64,000 bases of DNA from an uncultured Gammaproteobacteria bacterium (GTDB lineage: Bacteria > Pseudomonadota > Gammaproteobacteria > Thiotrichales > Thiotrichaceae): the NCBI GenBank assembly GCA_963847495.1, contig CAWJZX010000013.1:323716-387715 (forward strand), given 5' to 3'. The translations under genes were made by a program, and so were the position numbers. Position 1 is the first letter of the stretch. Each line of letters opens with the position of its first letter. This document shows, piece after piece, positions 18,558 through 28,375 of this stretch. The notes beneath the pieces are model-generated. The model was given only the letters and a program-made list of their open reading frames with translations. It ran no database searches and was not told where the DNA came from.

Positions 18558-18800
18558 TTTACTTCTCCTTTAATTATAAGTAGTTACCAGGCCCTGAAAA
18601 CATCTTGTTAAATTAGTTAGTTCTAAACGCAGAATGCAAAACCCTAAAACGGGACTTTCAGAGGGATAATTAACGTATAGCATTTATTTGCCCATAATTG
18701 CCAAATATTCTATCAATCCATGCTTTAGATCATTGTTTATTTAATAAATATCAATTTAAGCATGTCGAACACTCCAGGAACACTGTAGATATACAGTAAA

Positions 18801-18828
18801 CACACCCCCTACTTTTAGCTACTTTTTA
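18801..18828 (+). repeat. C-box head overlapping the recD stop codon
   Basis: CACACCCCCTACTTTTAGCTACTTTTTA. The recD stop TAA is the complement of 18815-18817. Confidence 0.8.
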
Positions 18829-20698
18829 TCTGCACTTCAATCCTCGTAGCTTTAACCACATCTGCCTTAACCCCAGCCACCAAAACAGCTTCACTCGCCA
18901 CTATATCGACTTTCTGTTTGGCCCGCGTTATTCCGGTATATATTAATTGTCTTGTTAGCAGTGGCATTTCTTCGTGCGGCAAGATCAAAACCACTTGATT
19001 GAATTCTGAGCCTTGGCTTTTGTGAATAGTCATTGCCCATGTGGTTTCGTGCGCTGGCAGTCGTACTGGGGAGAATGCTTTGAACTCGCCTTCAGCTGCA
19101 GGAAAAAACACTTTTACTTCACCATTTTCAATCAGTGTGATTCCGGTATCGCCATTGAACAGGCCTTTGTTGTAGCTGTTCCGGGTGATCATGATCGGGC
19201 GGCCGTGATACCAGTTAGAGGACAAGCTCTGAGTCTGGCTAGTAGAACGCCTGATTCTGATTAAATCCTGTTTGGCTAGTGCAGTTTCGATGCGTTGGTT
19301 CATTAACACACTGCCGTTTAAGCCACGGCGTAAGGCGCACAGGATTCGGTATTGATTGAAAGTCTCGAAGATTTGTTCGTGAGTCGATGCAGGATTATTC
19401 AGCACTTCAAAATAATGTACCCAGGGTTTTATGAGTTCAGCATCGCGCATCGCTTCTGGTGCGATCAGTTTACAGCCAGTGCGGTTTTGATCTTTTAAAA
19501 CGCTGAGTAAGGTCGCGCTATCGCCTTGATTGGCGGCTATCGCTAACTGGCCGATATCGCTGTCTTCCGAGAAGCGCCAGTTCTTTTTCAAGGTAACGAG
19601 ATGCTCTGATTCTTCCAGACCGGCACAGACATCAGAAAATACCGAACCTGTTTCAACAGACGAGAGCTGGTCCTTATCACCAATCAGAATCAGTTTAGCG
19701 TTTGGCGGAACGGATTCTAGCAGTTTTGACATCAGCGCGATATCGATCATCGAGGCTTCATCCACCAGCACCACATCGGCATTCAAGGGGTTTTGAGCAT
19801 TGTGTTTGAATTGCACGCTACCGCGTTGATAACCCAGAAGTTTATGGATCGTGTTAGCCTCAGTCGGCATCTGCTGTAATAACTCATCGGATAAACCAAG
19901 TTTGCTTTGCAAGGCATTTGTTTCAAGCCGTATCGAGTCCAGCATGCGAATCGCTGCTTTACCCGTTGGCGCGGCTAACAGGATGTTTAAATGTTTGTTC
20001 TTATCAATATTTGAGTCTGAAAGGACACCCCCCCACTTTTTACTCGTTTTTTGCAAAAACTCGCCCTTCGGGCTAGCTAAAGCAGTTGTCTCGCTAACGC
20101 TCGGCTGACCACTTTTTTCAATCAGCAATGCCAGAATGCGAGTAATCGTAGTGGTCTTACCCGTACCCGGCCCGCCCGAGATAATCAGGAATCGTTTTTC
20201 CAGTGCACGGCTGGCTGCTATCTTTTGCCAGTTAACTGGCAAGCCTTCATCTTCAAAATAAATATCCAGACGCTGTTGTGCCCAGTCTTTTTGCTCTTGC
20301 TGATCAGTCCCCTCAGCCTCAGGAAACATTCTGGATTTAATCTGATCCGCCAGACGCTGTTGATATTGCCAGTAACGGCGCAGGTACAAATAGCCCTGAT
20401 CAATAATCAGCGGTTTGTAATCCCCTGCTTCGCCCACTACTTTGGTTTGCAATAATTCGACTTGCTGTTCATCCGTTATGGCAATCGCAATCTGGCCTTC
20501 GCGGGTGTGTTTGCTGATTTCCAGGGTGCAGGCTTTGAGGGTTTTATTCTGTGCCTTGTTTGACTCTTGCAATCCATTTAACTCCTGCATTAAATCAGCA
20601 AGCTGGTAATCGAGCGCTTCATAAGCTGCCGGCTCAGCTTCTATTGTGTCAGGCGCTTGTGTTGATACGGCAAAATCCATTGTGAGTTGTTCAGCCAT
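18815..20698 (-). CDS. recD: Exodeoxyribonuclease V alpha subunit RecD, carrying an in-frame repeat-derived insert
   Basis: 627 aa with Walker A GGPGTGKTTT, then LLAAPTGKAA, and helicase motifs through TIHKSQGSE. The start overlaps the recB stop (ATGGCTGA). Confidence 0.92.
   Translation of the reverse strand: MAEQLTMDFAVSTQAPDTIEAEPAAYEALDYQLADLMQELNGLQESNKAQNKTLKACTLEISKHTREGQIAIAITDEQQVELLQTKVVGEAGDYKPLIIDQGYLYLRRYWQYQQRLADQIKSRMFPEAEGTDQQEQKDWAQQRLDIYFEDEGLPVNWQKIAASRALEKRFLIISGGPGTGKTTTITRILALLIEKSGQPSVSETTALASPKGEFLQKTSKKWGGVLSDSNIDKNKHLNILLAAPTGKAAIRMLDSIRLETNALQSKLGLSDELLQQMPTEANTIHKLLGYQRGSVQFKHNAQNPLNADVVLVDEASMIDIALMSKLLESVPPNAKLILIGDKDQLSSVETGSVFSDVCAGLEESEHLVTLKKNWRFSEDSDIGQLAIAANQGDSATLLSVLKDQNRTGCKLIAPEAMRDAELIKPWVHYFEVLNNPASTHEQIFETFNQYRILCALRRGLNGSVLMNQRIETALAKQDLIRIRRSTSQTQSLSSNWYHGRPIMITRNSYNKGLFNGDTGITLIENGEVKVFFPAAEGEFKAFSPVRLPAHETTWAMTIHKSQGSEFNQVVLILPHEEMPLLTRQLIYTGITRAKQKVDIVASEAVLVAGVKADVVKATRIEVQIKSS
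20024..20119 (+). repeat. C-box head plus F-like module, in frame inside recD
   Basis: GACACCCCCCCACTTTTTACTCGTTTTTTGCAAAAACTCGCCCTTCGGGCTAGC...GTTGTCTCGCTAACGCTCGGCTGACCACTTTTTTC. It is near-collinear with the intergenic copy at 34957-35059. Confidence 0.85.
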
Positions 20699-23600
20699 TC
20701 ACAACCGCCATACTAGGTAATCGCATAAACAAAGCATCCAATGCCTGAATCAATTCAAGGCTGGGTTTATGAAAAAAGACACCCCCCCACTTATAAGCAC
20801 TTTTTGAAGATTTCTGTAGTTGTTTAGGTGCTGTATTCATTCCGCGTATAAACAGATAATAAACACCGCCGATATGCGTTTCCCAGCTGTAATCAGCAAG
20901 TCTCTGTTCTAAATACCGATGTAAAGCAACGCAGTAGAGCAGATATTGCAGGTAATAATGAGAATGTGCCATTGCCTCGAATAGGCTGTCTTGCTGATAA
21001 TCAGAGAGACTATTCGATTTGTAATCGGCAACATAGTATTTGCCATCATGCTCGAAAATCAGGTCGATAAAACCTTTCAGATAACCTTCGACTTCTTCGA
21101 AATAGAGACCATCAACCGCATCACGGATTTGTTGCCAGTTGGCATCATCCTTTGGTAGATGCTGAAACAGAATCTGCTTTAAATGATCTGTCTGCAATCG
21201 TTCCAGCGGTAGATAGAATTCCATCTCATTGAGGCGTTTCTCATTGCTTAACAGGTTTAGAGACAATCCATCTGTTAGCTCCGCCTGTAAACTCTGTTGC
21301 ATTAACTGCAACGCGCTCGCCTGGTGTTTTGGATCAAAACCGTATTTATTCAAGCTCGCTTCAATCACATCAGTTTGTTCTTCAATGGGTTTGATGAAAT
21401 CCAGATTCTCGTAGATTTCATGCAATACCGTACCTGCGGTTGCACCACGCGGGAATTCATCCACCTCAATGGTATTCTGAGCCTCTGCCTTATTCATCTG
21501 TAGTGAGCCAGACATTGAATCAGCAATGGAATCATAATCAGGCGTTTCAGCATGAGCACCTGAGGTCAAACCACTGAAACTGGTGATCTGTGCCTGCTTT
21601 TTAATTTCTGCAGTAAAGTGTCGTGCAACGAGTTTTTCTTCAGAAACTGTCTTCTGATATTTCAAATCTGTCGGATAGTCTGGAAGCGCATTCAGTGAAA
21701 TATGCGGATTACTTTGGGTCAGGCTTTGCAGGTTTTGATTGTATGCCTCAAAGTATTCGGCTTTTTCAGTAGTAGCTTGTTTCGAGTTTCCAGAAGGAAT
21801 AACTTTTCCATCAGTGAGCAACCAGCCAAATGCGGATTTATCCGGATTTCCACTAATCGCTTCGGGAAACACGACTACGTTACATTGATACTTGGCACGA
21901 GTCAGCGCGACATATAATAAGCGTGCGTCTTCGGCGCTTTCTTCCGCTGCTTTCAATGCTTTATGTTCGTCACTTTCAGGCGAACCAATTTCGAGATAAC
22001 TTAGCTTATCTTTATGAAATGTATAAATTTTATCGGATGGACGATTACTACTCATGCCCACAAATGGACAGTAAACAATCGGGTATTCCAGACCTTTGGA
22101 TTTATGGATGGTGACGATTTTTACCAGGTCATCGTCGCTTTCAAGGCGCAATACGGTCTCATTCGAGCTGGCATTTTCCTGTTGTTTTTTCAGCCAGCGC
22201 AATACTTCAGCCATACCGAGCATTTGCTGGCGTGATGTGTGATGAATCAATTCTGACAGCTGTAAAATATTACTTAAGCGACGCTCGCCATTATCATAAT
22301 CCATCAGGCGCTGATGCATGTTCTCGGCTTTCATCAAGCTTCGCATCATCGGCATAAAACCCTGTTTATTCCATTGATGATGATAATTTTGCATCTTCAT
22401 CAGGACTTCTTCCCAGGCTTCGCTATCGGTCTGGAAACGGATTAAATCTTCGGCCTGTCGACCCATCATTTCTGTCACCAATGCGCGACGGATTTCATCT
22501 TCTTTTTGCGGCGACACAATCGCCGTGAGTAAACGCAGCATTTCAGCGGCTTCATGTGTATCGTAAATACTCTCTTTGCTACTCTGAACGCTGGCAACTC
22601 CGCGTGCATTCAAAGCTGCCTTGATAACATCAGCCTGCGTATGTGAACGCACCAGAATTGCCATATCTCCGCCGCTAATTGCCTCATCGCCAATTCTGGC
22701 TTCACCGTTTGTGGCTTGATTAAGTAAGGATGCAATATCGCCTGCCACGGCGTTTGCAATCTGTTTGCGAATGAAGTCGGCGGTGGGTTTATCGTCACCA
22801 GTTTCATATCGCCAAAAATTTAAAGGCTTGCTGTTATTCTGGCTAACTAATTCAGCGGTTGTTTTATCTCCTGATTTTACCTGAACGTATTCAATCCCCT
22901 CATCCTTAAATGGATTTTCTGTCTTTGAATACAATGCGTTAAAGGCGCTAATTAAATCAGGATGTGAACGCCAATTGGTTTGAAGCGTGTAATGATTCGT
23001 TTCAGAAGTGTCCGCCTTGGCTTTTAAATAGGTATGAATATCACCGCCACGGAAACTGTAAATAGCCTGTTTTGGATCACCCACCAGAAATACCGTCTGG
23101 TCTTTTTGGGAAGTGTAAATAGAACTAAAAATATCGTACTGGATAGGATCGGTATCCTGAAACTCATCTATCAAGGCCGCCGGGTATTTACGGCTTAATT
23201 CTTTTGCTAATTGTGGATGCGCTTTTAACGTTTGCTGCATCTGCAATAACAAATCATCAAAGGATAAAACGCCTAAGCGCTGTTTTTCCTTAGGGAGTTC
23301 AGTTTGTAAATGTTGCAGTAACTCTACGCGGATATTGTTCAGGAAATCATCTGAGCTTTTATCCAGCTCAGTCCAGAGATCGAGGAAATCCTGCCATTGC
23401 TGGAAAAATGGATGTTCAATGGGTTCTACGTTTTTAGCAGTTTTTTTAACTTTGGGTGTTGTACCCAACCAAACCATTTTTTTAACATCAAGCTGATAAG
23501 GCAGATCATCTAACAGCGATAGTTTATCCATTTCTGTAATGACAAAATCACAGTTATCAATTAAGCCTTTATAGTAATGGTTCTCGTAGCCGGGAATCCT

Positions 23601-24305
23601 TAAAAGCTCGCTTATCTGCTGACCTTCATTACGCCATGTTTGCATCGCCTGAGTATAAAACTGCTCTAGCTCTTTCCATTTCTCCGCTTTTACTTTTTCG
23701 TTTTCTGGGCCGCAGATACTCAGGTAAGGTTTACCAACGTGCCTGACAATATCCTTTAATAATGAATCAGGTGTGATCTTTTCCTGATGCAATTTAAAAA
23801 CCAGTGACCTAGGTGCTTTGGCAAATCGACGGCGCCAAAAATCATCGGTGAGTTTTTGCATGATTTCAGAATCATCTTCCAGTAACTCACTATCAAACGA
23901 CAGATTCGCTTCAAAAGCATTCTCGCTCAAACTACGCTGGCAAAAACCGTGAATGGTAAAAACTGCGGCTTCGTCCATGCTTAGCTTGGCGCGATTTAAA
24001 CGTAGAACAGCTTCCTCTTGATCTTCAATTTTTTCGATTAGACGACTGTATTCGTGTTCCGCTTGATAATCGGGATCTGAAAATGCATTGAGTGCCGCTA
24101 CGATTCGTTTACGAATATTATCACGCAGTTCTTTGGTTGCAGCATCGGTGAAGGTCACGACCAGTATTTGATCGACTGTGAGGTTTTTTTCCAGTATTAA
24201 ACGCAGATACAATAGCGTTACTGTCCATGATTTACCCGTCCCGGCACTGGCTTCAATCAGATTGATTGATTCGAGTGGAATTGAATAAGGATCAAGTTCT
24301 TGCAT
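20691..24305 (-). CDS. recB: Exodeoxyribonuclease V beta subunit RecB
   Basis: 1204 aa with N-terminal IEASAGTGKSWT, UvrD-type helicase motifs, and the C-terminal nuclease motif GFIDLIFEHDGKYYVADYKSN. Confidence 0.93.
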   Translation of the reverse strand: MQELDPYSIPLESINLIEASAGTGKSWTVTLLYLRLILEKNLTVDQILVVTFTDAATKELRDNIRKRIVAALNAFSDPDYQAEHEYSRLIEKIEDQEEAVLRLNRAKLSMDEAAVFTIHGFCQRSLSENAFEANLSFDSELLEDDSEIMQKLTDDFWRRRFAKAPRSLVFKLHQEKITPDSLLKDIVRHVGKPYLSICGPENEKVKAEKWKELEQFYTQAMQTWRNEGQQISELLRIPGYENHYYKGLIDNCDFVITEMDKLSLLDDLPYQLDVKKMVWLGTTPKVKKTAKNVEPIEHPFFQQWQDFLDLWTELDKSSDDFLNNIRVELLQHLQTELPKEKQRLGVLSFDDLLLQMQQTLKAHPQLAKELSRKYPAALIDEFQDTDPIQYDIFSSIYTSQKDQTVFLVGDPKQAIYSFRGGDIHTYLKAKADTSETNHYTLQTNWRSHPDLISAFNALYSKTENPFKDEGIEYVQVKSGDKTTAELVSQNNSKPLNFWRYETGDDKPTADFIRKQIANAVAGDIASLLNQATNGEARIGDEAISGGDMAILVRSHTQADVIKAALNARGVASVQSSKESIYDTHEAAEMLRLLTAIVSPQKEDEIRRALVTEMMGRQAEDLIRFQTDSEAWEEVLMKMQNYHHQWNKQGFMPMMRSLMKAENMHQRLMDYDNGERRLSNILQLSELIHHTSRQQMLGMAEVLRWLKKQQENASSNETVLRLESDDDLVKIVTIHKSKGLEYPIVYCPFVGMSSNRPSDKIYTFHKDKLSYLEIGSPESDEHKALKAAEESAEDARLLYVALTRAKYQCNVVVFPEAISGNPDKSAFGWLLTDGKVIPSGNSKQATTEKAEYFEAYNQNLQSLTQSNPHISLNALPDYPTDLKYQKTVSEEKLVARHFTAEIKKQAQITSFSGLTSGAHAETPDYDSIADSMSGSLQMNKAEAQNTIEVDEFPRGATAGTVLHEIYENLDFIKPIEEQTDVIEASLNKYGFDPKHQASALQLMQQSLQAELTDGLSLNLLSNEKRLNEMEFYLPLERLQTDHLKQILFQHLPKDDANWQQIRDAVDGLYFEEVEGYLKGFIDLIFEHDGKYYVADYKSNSLSDYQQDSLFEAMAHSHYYLQYLLYCVALHRYLEQRLADYSWETHIGGVYYLFIRGMNTAPKQLQKSSKSAYKWGGVFFHKPSLELIQALDALFMRLPSMAVVNG
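20778..20805 (+). repeat. C-box head in frame inside recB
   Basis: GACACCCCCCCACTTATAAGCACTTTTT. Confidence 0.8.
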
Positions 24306-24477
24306 TGGGGCTATCTTAATCGCTATGCTATTTTTTGCATTAGTTATTTAATATCATCAGCTCGTTGAATTTAAATTTATGAAACTCATCCGTTTGTCGG
24401 GAACACTGACAATTCTCAGTTTAAAATCACTCACCCTATGTAAATGTTAATAAATAAAAACAAGTATAAAAATAAAG

Positions 24478-24513
24478 ACAAAAAAAAGACCCGCATAAAG
24501 CGGGCCTTTTTTG
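24478..24513 (-). terminator. Rho-independent terminator downstream of the Gly/Asn-rich gene
   Basis: GACCCGC-ataaa-GCGGGCC stem flanked by an A8 run and a T6 run; usable in both directions. Confidence 0.85.
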
Positions 24514-24534
24514 AACTACCTATAATCTAAACGA

Positions 24535-25083
24535 TTACTTTGCAGTTTTTTGAGCAGCTTCGATACGCTTTAGCATTTCGTCAGCTTGTTTAGCCTGAGC
24601 TTCCCACATTGCTTTCAACTGAGTGTAATCAGCAGCTGGAGCTCGTGCAGCCACTGGAGCAAAACCGTAACCTGCTGGAGCATAACCGTTGTTATAACCA
24701 TTAGAGTTGTTAGAACCAGAACTGTAACCGTCACCTACAAAATTACCCGCAGTGTTACCGTTACCTGCCCAGTTTCCAGCAGTGTTACCATTACCTTGTC
24801 CGTTACCAGTTAGGTTTCCAGCAGTATCCATATCTGTTCTGCCTTTGCCTTTGAATGTGATAGCAAAATCAACTTCGCCATCTGCATCGCCTTTAGCTGT
24901 TCCCCAGCCATTTCCGTTTACGTCGGTGTTACCAGTAGCATTACCCGCGCCGTTTGTGTTTCCAGCAGCAGATCCGTAACCGTTTCCGCTTCCGTTTCCG
25001 CTGTCAAATCCGTCAAACCAATCCGCTGACGCTGATGCTGATAAAGCCAATAAAGATGTTAATGCGATTGCTTGAAATTTCAT
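24535..25083 (-). CDS. Secreted Gly/Asn-rich low-complexity repeat protein
   Basis: 182 aa with a signal peptide, (G-N-x) repeats such as GNGSGNGYGSAAGNTNGAGNATGN, and a Tyr/Gly-rich segment. A terminator lies downstream. Confidence 0.75.
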   Translation of the reverse strand: MKFQAIALTSLLALSASASADWFDGFDSGNGSGNGYGSAAGNTNGAGNATGNTDVNGNGWGTAKGDADGEVDFAITFKGKGRTDMDTAGNLTGNGQGNGNTAGNWAGNGNTAGNFVGDGYSSGSNNSNGYNNGYAPAGYGFAPVAARAPAADYTQLKAMWEAQAKQADEMLKRIEAAQKTAK

Positions 25084-25298
25084 GTTGTGATTCCTTTCGA
25101 TGAGTATTTAATTTAAAAAAGTTTGTAAAAAGTCTTATTCGGATTAGTTGTTAACTTCGAATATGCTAATATAATAATATTCTAATATAGATATTGCAAG
25201 TGTTTTTTAAATATAAATTCAATATGTTCTTTTTTGATGCTCCTAATATCTTTATTATCAAGAACAATTCGAAATGAAAATAGCGTAGAATATGCCCC

Positions 25299-27581
25299 AT
25301 GAAAAAATACAAAGATCCCCATAAAGAACGCGAAGCCAAAAAATATGGCCGCCCTATTCCAAGCCGTGAGCTCATGCTCGAAGTTATGGATAAAGCAGGA
25401 CATCCTATTGGTTTTGAGGAACTTGCTGACTCCCTAGACTTGAAAGAGCCACAAGACCTCGATGCAATGAAATTTCGTTTACGTGCGATGGAACGTGATG
25501 GACAGATATTATTTAATCGTGGCAGAAAATATGTACCCGTAGAAAAAGCTGATTTAGTTGCCGGCCGGGTTCAAGGCCACCCCGATGGTTTTGGCTTTTT
25601 GATTCCTGATGACGGCAGTGATGATCTGTATTTGCATGGCAAACAGATGCGCAAGGTTTTACATGGAGATAAAGTATTAGCCAGTGTTACTGGCATTGAT
25701 CGCAAAGGTCGTCGCGAAGGTGGCATTGTTGAAGTATTGGAACACAATACCGAATCGGTTGTAGGACGCTACTTTGTCGAAAGCGGCTTAGGTTTTGTCA
25801 CTCCAGACAATTCACGTATCGCTCAGGATATATTAATTCCTCCGGAAAGTTCGGGCGAAGCCAAAAATGGGCAGATTGTGGTTGCTCGTATCGTTGAGTA
25901 CCCTACTTCACGCCATCAACCAATCGGTAAAATTATCGAAACACTTGGCGACCACATGGCGCCGGGACTGGAAATCGACATTGCTTTACGCTCATATGAT
26001 CTCCCTCATGTTTGGCCTGCTGAAGTATTAGCTGCGACAGATAAGCTTAGCGACGAAGTATTAGAAGCTGATAAAAAGGGGCGCGTTGATCTTCGCAATA
26101 TGCCGTTAGTTACGATTGACGGTGAAGATTCCCGTGATTTTGACGATGCAGTTTATTGTGAACAGGACAATAATGGCAATTGGCTATTAACTGTTGCTAT
26201 AGCAGATGTTTCTCATTATGTAGGAATTGGTACTGACTTGGATAAAGAAGCCTGGAATCGCGCCACTTCAGTGTATTTCCCTGCTGAAGTTATTCCAATG
26301 TTGCCTGAAAAAATCTCCAATGGTTTATGTTCATTAAATCCTGCAGTAGATCGTCTCTGTATGGTTTGTAAAGCAACCATAAATTCGAACGGAGAAGTTA
26401 TTGAATTTGAATTTAAAAGTGCAGTTATGCATTCCTCGGCACGTTTGACATACACCAGTATGGCAGCAATGGTTGTCGACCATGATCAAACCTTGCGTAA
26501 AGAACACGCAAATATCATCAATCACTTAGATGATCTCTACAAGCTATATAAAGTATTAAAAAAAGCGCGAATTGAACGCGGTTCAATAGACTTTGAAACC
26601 ACTGAAACACAAATTATCTTCGGTGAAAACCGCAAAATAGAGAATATCATTCCCACTGAGCGAAACGATGCACATAAAATAATCGAAGAATGCATGGTTA
26701 CGGCAAATATGTGTGCGGCACGCTTCTTAAAGCAGCATAAAATCCCAGCATTGCATCGTGTACATTCAGGGCCTGAAAAAGTAAAACTCGAGAAGGTTCA
26801 TGAATTTTTAAATGGCTTAGGCTTGAAATTAGGAGGTGGCGATAAGCCCCAACCTAAAGATTACGCAACCTTATTATCGAGCATTTCGGAACGACCTGAT
26901 GCACACTTGATACAAACTGTCATGTTACGCTCCATGAGTCGTGCACAATATGCTCCTGTTGATAAAGACAAGCCTGAAAGTACCCGTCATTTTGGCTTAG
27001 GACGAAATGATTATGCACACTTTACCTCTCCGATTCGGCGCTATCCCGATTTATTAGTACATCGTGCGATACGCCATATACTGCAAACTAAAACTGCAGA
27101 AGGTTATGACTACGATTATATGCAGATGAAAGCGCTGGGTGAGCATTGTTCTAAATGTGAGCAGCGCGCTGATGATGCCAGCCGTGATGTTATGTCATGG
27201 CTTAAAGCAGAGTATATGCAGGATAAGGTCGGTGAGACATTCTCTGGCATTATCTCAACGGTAACCAGCTTTGGCCTATTCGTTGAACTTGACAATATTT
27301 ATGTCGAAGGGCTCGTGCATGTTTCTGCATTGAGGAGTGATTATTACCATTTTGATGCGGCAAGACACAAAATGGTGGGTGAAAATTCAGGTAAGAGCTA
27401 TCGTCTGGGTGATCCGATTGAAATTGTCGTAGCACGCGTTGATCTAGATGATCGAAAAATTGATTTTGTTTTGCCTGACTCATCAAGTGATGATGGTTTT
27501 GATAAGCCTCGCAGGAAAAAAAGTAAAAATAAAGACAAATATTCCAAGCAAAAATATAAATCACAGAAAAAGAACAAATAA
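25299..27581 (+). CDS. rnr: Ribonuclease R
   Basis: 760 aa with the RNB-domain motif HFGL...YAHFTSPIRRYPDLLVHR, an S1 domain, and a lysine-rich tail. Confidence 0.93.
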   Translation: MKKYKDPHKEREAKKYGRPIPSRELMLEVMDKAGHPIGFEELADSLDLKEPQDLDAMKFRLRAMERDGQILFNRGRKYVPVEKADLVAGRVQGHPDGFGFLIPDDGSDDLYLHGKQMRKVLHGDKVLASVTGIDRKGRREGGIVEVLEHNTESVVGRYFVESGLGFVTPDNSRIAQDILIPPESSGEAKNGQIVVARIVEYPTSRHQPIGKIIETLGDHMAPGLEIDIALRSYDLPHVWPAEVLAATDKLSDEVLEADKKGRVDLRNMPLVTIDGEDSRDFDDAVYCEQDNNGNWLLTVAIADVSHYVGIGTDLDKEAWNRATSVYFPAEVIPMLPEKISNGLCSLNPAVDRLCMVCKATINSNGEVIEFEFKSAVMHSSARLTYTSMAAMVVDHDQTLRKEHANIINHLDDLYKLYKVLKKARIERGSIDFETTETQIIFGENRKIENIIPTERNDAHKIIEECMVTANMCAARFLKQHKIPALHRVHSGPEKVKLEKVHEFLNGLGLKLGGGDKPQPKDYATLLSSISERPDAHLIQTVMLRSMSRAQYAPVDKDKPESTRHFGLGRNDYAHFTSPIRRYPDLLVHRAIRHILQTKTAEGYDYDYMQMKALGEHCSKCEQRADDASRDVMSWLKAEYMQDKVGETFSGIISTVTSFGLFVELDNIYVEGLVHVSALRSDYYHFDAARHKMVGENSGKSYRLGDPIEIVVARVDLDDRKIDFVLPDSSSDDGFDKPRRKKSKNKDKYSKQKYKSQKKNK

Positions 27582-27584
27582 CAA

Positions 27585-28331
27585 ATGAAAACGTTGATTA
27601 CCGGAATTCATGCAGTTGAATCTGCACTGAAAAATGATGCAGACAATATCATCCAGGTCTGGATTGCAGAAAATAAACGTAATCAGCGCGTCAAAGAACT
27701 CATCAACCATGCGCAAAAACGTGGGCTAATTTCACATCGAGCCGATATGGCGTCATTGGATAAACTTGCAAAAACACGTCAACATCAAGGTGTGGTGGCT
27801 GAATATAATGCACCGGCAAGTTATACCGAAGATGATTTGATCAACATCCTTGATAATATTGATAGCTCTGTTACACCTCCCCTGCTTTTAGTGCTTGATG
27901 GAGTGACTGACCCACATAATCTAGGGGCTTGTTTGCGAACCGCTGAAGGTGCTGGCGTACATGCAGTTATTGCACCAAAAGACAATGCCGTAGGCTTAAC
28001 CCCTGCTGCGCGCAAAGTTGCCTCGGGTGCAGCTGAAACAGTGCCATTTATTCAGGTAACCAACCTTGTTCGAACCATTGAAAAACTGAAACAACTGGGT
28101 ATCTGGTTTATCGGCACCAGTGACCAGGCTGATGGTGACCTATACACATACGACTTCAAAACACCCAGTGCGATTGTTATGGGTGCAGAAGGCAAAGGCT
28201 TAAGAAGACTAACAGAAGAACACTGCGACACCCTGGTTTCTATCCCAATGGCGGGGCAAGTTTCTAGTTTGAATGTTTCAGTCGCAACAGGTGTTTGTTT
28301 GTATGAAGTCGTCAGACAACGCCAGGCTTAG
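27585..28331 (+). CDS. rlmB: 23S rRNA (guanosine-2'-O)-methyltransferase RlmB (SpoU family)
   Basis: 248 aa immediately downstream of rnr (conserved synteny), with SpoU motifs (DGVTDPHNLGA, MGAEGKGLR, SLNVSVA). Confidence 0.9.
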   Translation: MKTLITGIHAVESALKNDADNIIQVWIAENKRNQRVKELINHAQKRGLISHRADMASLDKLAKTRQHQGVVAEYNAPASYTEDDLINILDNIDSSVTPPLLLVLDGVTDPHNLGACLRTAEGAGVHAVIAPKDNAVGLTPAARKVASGAAETVPFIQVTNLVRTIEKLKQLGIWFIGTSDQADGDLYTYDFKTPSAIVMGAEGKGLRRLTEEHCDTLVSIPMAGQVSSLNVSVATGVCLYEVVRQRQA

Positions 28332-28375
28332 TTCGAACAAATCAACTATAACTTTTTTAAGATAACCGTTTAAAA

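Noticed and set aside
18741-18754. An FNR-like box (TTAAT-aaat-ATCAA) upstream of the dihaem cytochrome c gene
   Set aside because: It lies in a very AT-rich stretch about 190 nt from the start codon, and no correctly spaced -10 element was identified. A chance match is likely.
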